Shown one piece after another: positions 61,244-64,000 of a DNA stretch of 64,000 nucleotides; the first letter of the stretch is position 1; each line of letters opens with the position of its first letter. The DNA is taken from positions 3,249 through 67,248 of the forward strand of contig JASNYX010000004.1 of the NCBI GenBank assembly GCA_048499955.1, given 5' to 3'. The notes beneath the pieces are model-generated. The model had not been told where the DNA came from. It worked only from the letters and a program-made list of their open reading frames with translations, and made no database searches. This stretch comes from Patescibacteria group bacterium (lineage in GTDB: Bacteria > Patescibacteriota > WWE3 > 2-01-FULL-39-13). The translations under genes and the position numbers were made by a program.

Positions 61244-62482
61244 CTAAAGTGGATTTTCTTTTTGCCACAAATCGAGGAGTAACGCGTGTCTGCGTTTTTT
61301 TTCCTTCAGTGGGACATCATCTTTCATTGATTTGGATGCATTAGTTCCTTCCCTTGGCGAGTATATTGAAATATAAGCGGATTTAAATTTCATCCATTTA
61401 AATAAATCATAAGTTTTCATGAACTGTTCTTCGGTCTCACCGGGGAATCCGACAATAATATCCGTTCCAAACTCCATATCAGGAACAACCCTTTTCATTT
61501 GAGTTATAAGTTCTTTAAACTCTTCAATGGTATGTCGACGGTTCATTCGTGCGAGGATTTCGTTATCAGCACTTTGAACTGCAATATGTAGATATCTGGC
61601 TATTTTCGGTAACGAAAGTGTATCTATTAAATCTTGAGTAAAATCAAAAGGATTCGAGGAAATAAAATTGATTTTTTCTACGCTATCGATTTGGTGAACT
61701 TTTCTTAATAACCTTGCAAAAGGGATCTTATGTTCAGAACCCGCACGTAATTTAAATTTTGTAGCACGATCCAAACCCCAAGAGTTCACATTCTGGCCCA
61801 CGAGCATTATGTTTTTGTATCCCCTACCTGATAGATGCTTTATCTCAGAAATAATGTCTTCTTCGGAACGACTTTTCTCTTCGCCTCGAGCGTACGGCAC
61901 AACACAAAACGTACAAAAGTTATCACATCCTGAAGATATATTAACGTATGCCCACTCAGTTTCGTTGTACTCATTGGGATTTATCAACGAATTTTTCAAT
62001 ACTGATAATGCCCATTCATCTACCAAATTCTCATTTACCAGGATCCCCGGTATCAAAGATTCTTCTTCCGGAGACAACAAATAATCAGCCCAATCAAGAC
62101 GTGCTTTTAATTCATCGTATGACACTCTGATACGGTCACCTTTTGCACTACCGACCATACATCCGGTTACAAAAACAACCTGATTTCCCTTTTTATCATA
62201 ATAAGAGCCTTTGCCTGTCTTGCTTTCCCCGACTTTCATTCCCCATCCGTAAACTTTATCCTCTGATTTTTGCCTCACAGAGCATGTATTTATAATAAGA
62301 ACGTCGGCGTGCTGGTAATCTTTTGTAGGAGAAAAACCGAGAACATCTAAAGTTCCGGCCATTGCCTGACTGTCTCGAATATTCGCCTGACACCCATAAG
62401 TCTGGATAAAATAAGTCTTACCTAATGGGTTCTTGTATTCAGTGCTTTCTTGTTTTTTTGCAGTTTTTATGAGCTTTTTCAC
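61244..62482 (-). CDS. miaB: tRNA methylthiotransferase MiaB (no TRAM domain evident)
   Basis: TYGCQAN, NTCSVR, radical-SAM CDNFCTFC, DIIVGFPGET; near miaA. Confidence 0.88.
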   Translation of the reverse strand: MKKLIKTAKKQESTEYKNPLGKTYFIQTYGCQANIRDSQAMAGTLDVLGFSPTKDYQHADVLIINTCSVRQKSEDKVYGWGMKVGESKTGKGSYYDKKGNQVVFVTGCMVGSAKGDRIRVSYDELKARLDWADYLLSPEEESLIPGILVNENLVDEWALSVLKNSLINPNEYNETEWAYVNISSGCDNFCTFCVVPYARGEEKSRSEEDIISEIKHLSGRGYKNIMLVGQNVNSWGLDRATKFKLRAGSEHKIPFARLLRKVHQIDSVEKINFISSNPFDFTQDLIDTLSLPKIARYLHIAVQSADNEILARMNRRHTIEEFKELITQMKRVVPDMEFGTDIIVGFPGETEEQFMKTYDLFKWMKFKSAYISIYSPREGTNASKSMKDDVPLKEKKRRHALLLDLWQKENPL

Positions 62483-62540
62483 AATTGGAATTATAGAACA
62501 ATTATAGACAACTCCGAATAGTTAACTTCTGAACGTAATT

Positions 62541-63032
62541 TCACCAAATACCATGAGAGGTATCAGTGTTATCTAAATACTCACGAATGCGTTTTTCAGT
62601 TCCGATCGAAGCATCCTTCGGAAGGTTATCAACACCGAACCAAGCAACTTCCTGAATTTCACGTTCGTCTGCCTTTAAATCATTGGGATTCACAATATTT
62701 TCGGTTACATAAACGATTGTCGTATTTGCTTTATGCTCATGAAAATCACGGTATACGCCAAGCAAACGAAGATCTTTTACCAAGAGGCCTGTTTCTTCAA
62801 AAACCTCTCGTTCTGCTGACTCAATAAGGTTTTCATCACTTTTGATGCCTCCCCCGGGCATATAATACTTAGGCCGATAAGTATGTCTTAATAGCAATAC
62901 TTTATGATCATGTACTATCAACACTCTCACACCTAAGGTGGGAGTCCTAAAGATGAAATAGTATGCCCTAGACAGCCAGTAAAGAATAGTAAGAATAAAT
63001 TTGTGTAAATTCAATGAATTGATAGCGCTCAT
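62541..63032 (-). CDS. NUDIX hydrolase
   Basis: GGGIKSDENLIESAEREVFEETGL Nudix box. Confidence 0.9.
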   Translation of the reverse strand: MSAINSLNLHKFILTILYWLSRAYYFIFRTPTLGVRVLIVHDHKVLLLRHTYRPKYYMPGGGIKSDENLIESAEREVFEETGLLVKDLRLLGVYRDFHEHKANTTIVYVTENIVNPNDLKADEREIQEVAWFGVDNLPKDASIGTEKRIREYLDNTDTSHGIW

Positions 63033-63355
63033 AAGACTTCCGAGCCGTTTAAGACTTCCTTACCCGGATGCAAGAGTACCGCAGATTCATTAAAATCAGC
63101 AGCAAGAATCATTCCCTGGCTTTCTACTCCTCTAAATTTGCGGGGCTCAAGGTTTATAAGTACTGGGATTTGCTTGCCGATCAGATCTTCAGGAAAGTAC
63201 CAGGCAGCGATTCCTGAAACGATCTGTCGTTTTTCAGTCCCTATATCAACAATGAGCTTTAGAAGTTTATCAGCATCCGGAACCTTTTCAGCTTCAATTA
63301 TTTTTCCAATCACAATCTTGAGTTTTTTAAAATCGTCGTAAGTAATTGATTCCAT
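63029..63355 (-). CDS. tRNA-binding OB-fold protein (MetRS C-terminal/Trbp111-like)
   Basis: ITYDDFKKL, ADKLLKL.VDIG, RQIVSGI, GVESQGMILAA. Confidence 0.9.
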   Translation of the reverse strand: MESITYDDFKKLKIVIGKIIEAEKVPDADKLLKLIVDIGTEKRQIVSGIAAWYFPEDLIGKQIPVLINLEPRKFRGVESQGMILAADFNESAVLLHPGKEVLNGSEVL

Positions 63356-63359
63356 AATT

Positions 63360-63674
63360 TTAGGATTTAGGCTTATCAAATTTATCAAACTTTAGACCTC
63401 GAACTACAAAATAGATAACTGCTGCTACCACAATAAAGTCCAGCAAAGTCGCAACGAAATGCCCCCACATAAATGTCACCTGCCCGACGGAAAATTGTGC
63501 TTCTTTGAGATTTCCGGCAGCTCCTACCATTAAACCTAGTATAGGACTTATAAAATCAGCAATCAGTGCATTTACTACATCTTTGACAGAGTTTCCCAAA
63601 ACAATACCGATTGCTAAACCGACAACACCCTGTTGTCTAATAAATTCTGCGAAACCTATTATTTTTGACCCCAT
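63360..63674 (-). CDS. mscL: Large-conductance mechanosensitive channel
   Basis: FAEFI...VVGLAIGIVLG...VNALIADFISP, WGHF...LDFIVVAAVIYF. Confidence 0.88.
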   Translation of the reverse strand: MGSKIIGFAEFIRQQGVVGLAIGIVLGNSVKDVVNALIADFISPILGLMVGAAGNLKEAQFSVGQVTFMWGHFVATLLDFIVVAAVIYFVVRGLKFDKFDKPKS

Positions 63675-63760
63675 TGATTGAACCCTCCTATGTTAAATGA
63701 ATATACACGGCTTGGAAAGCCCAAGCCACGGCAATTATAAGAAATTATAGGAATAATCGC

Positions 63761-63786
63761 AAAAGGGCACCTAAAAAGGTGCCCTT
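63761..63786 (-). terminator. Intrinsic terminator
   Basis: AAGGGCACCT-N4-AGGTGCCCTT stem with a T tail on the minus strand. Confidence 0.7.
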
Positions 63787-63809
63787 AATATCAATGCGTG
63801 TGTGGACTT

Positions 63810-64000
63810 CTATGGTCTAGCTCGATCCGTTACTCTATGAGATCCACTATTTGTATGATCCCTAGCGTAGCTTCTCAACCGATCAACCCACTGCTGTGCA
63901 TCAGGTTCTAGTGCTCTACCAAAAGCTAAACCTACTGCTATTGCTATCGCAAAGGTTAAACTGTTGGTAATCGCTGCAATAACATTGCTTCCGATACTTA
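63810..64000 (-). CDS. 3' end of a membrane protein (CmpX/TM_helix-like), truncated by the window edge
   Basis: SIGSNVIAAITNSLTFAIAIAVGLAFGRA...*; stop at 63810. Confidence 0.55.
   Translation of the reverse strand, partial: SIGSNVIAAITNSLTFAIAIAVGLAFGRALEPDAQQWVDRLRSYARDHTNSGSHRVTDRARP

Noticed and set aside
1-64000. CRISPR array or cas genes that could explain the CARF protein
   Set aside because: No regularly spaced repeats and no cas10/cas1-like ORFs seen; the CARF gene is translationally coupled to the CBASS operon instead.

Overview
This 64 kb window is probably from a Patescibacteria/CPR-type genome, inferred from gene content and the many apparently leaderless genes. It uses the standard genetic code. 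Bases 1-9228 are the right end of an integrative conjugative element: a Gram-positive-style T4SS module (VirB6-like, PrgI, VirB4, M23 peptidase), cargo genes, and a displaced tRNA 3' end (CAGCGGGCTCACCA) as the likely att site. The main cargo is a type III CBASS operon (CdnC-like CD-NTase, HORMA, TRIP13). Its effector is not NucC but a 2-TM + CARF protein resembling the type III CRISPR effector Cam1. The operon is transcribed divergently from a LexA-like S24 repressor across a palindromic operator that overlaps the promoter. The rest (9.2-64 kb) is mostly host genes for RNA modification (tgt, dus, miaA, miaB, TrmH, RsmB/F), gltX, typA, xseAB, tRNA-Gln and envelope functions. It also holds an OmpR-family two-component system with five 11-bp-spaced YTCAG boxes and several genes broken by indels, deletions or a stop. 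All family calls come from motif recognition by eye; no database search was run.
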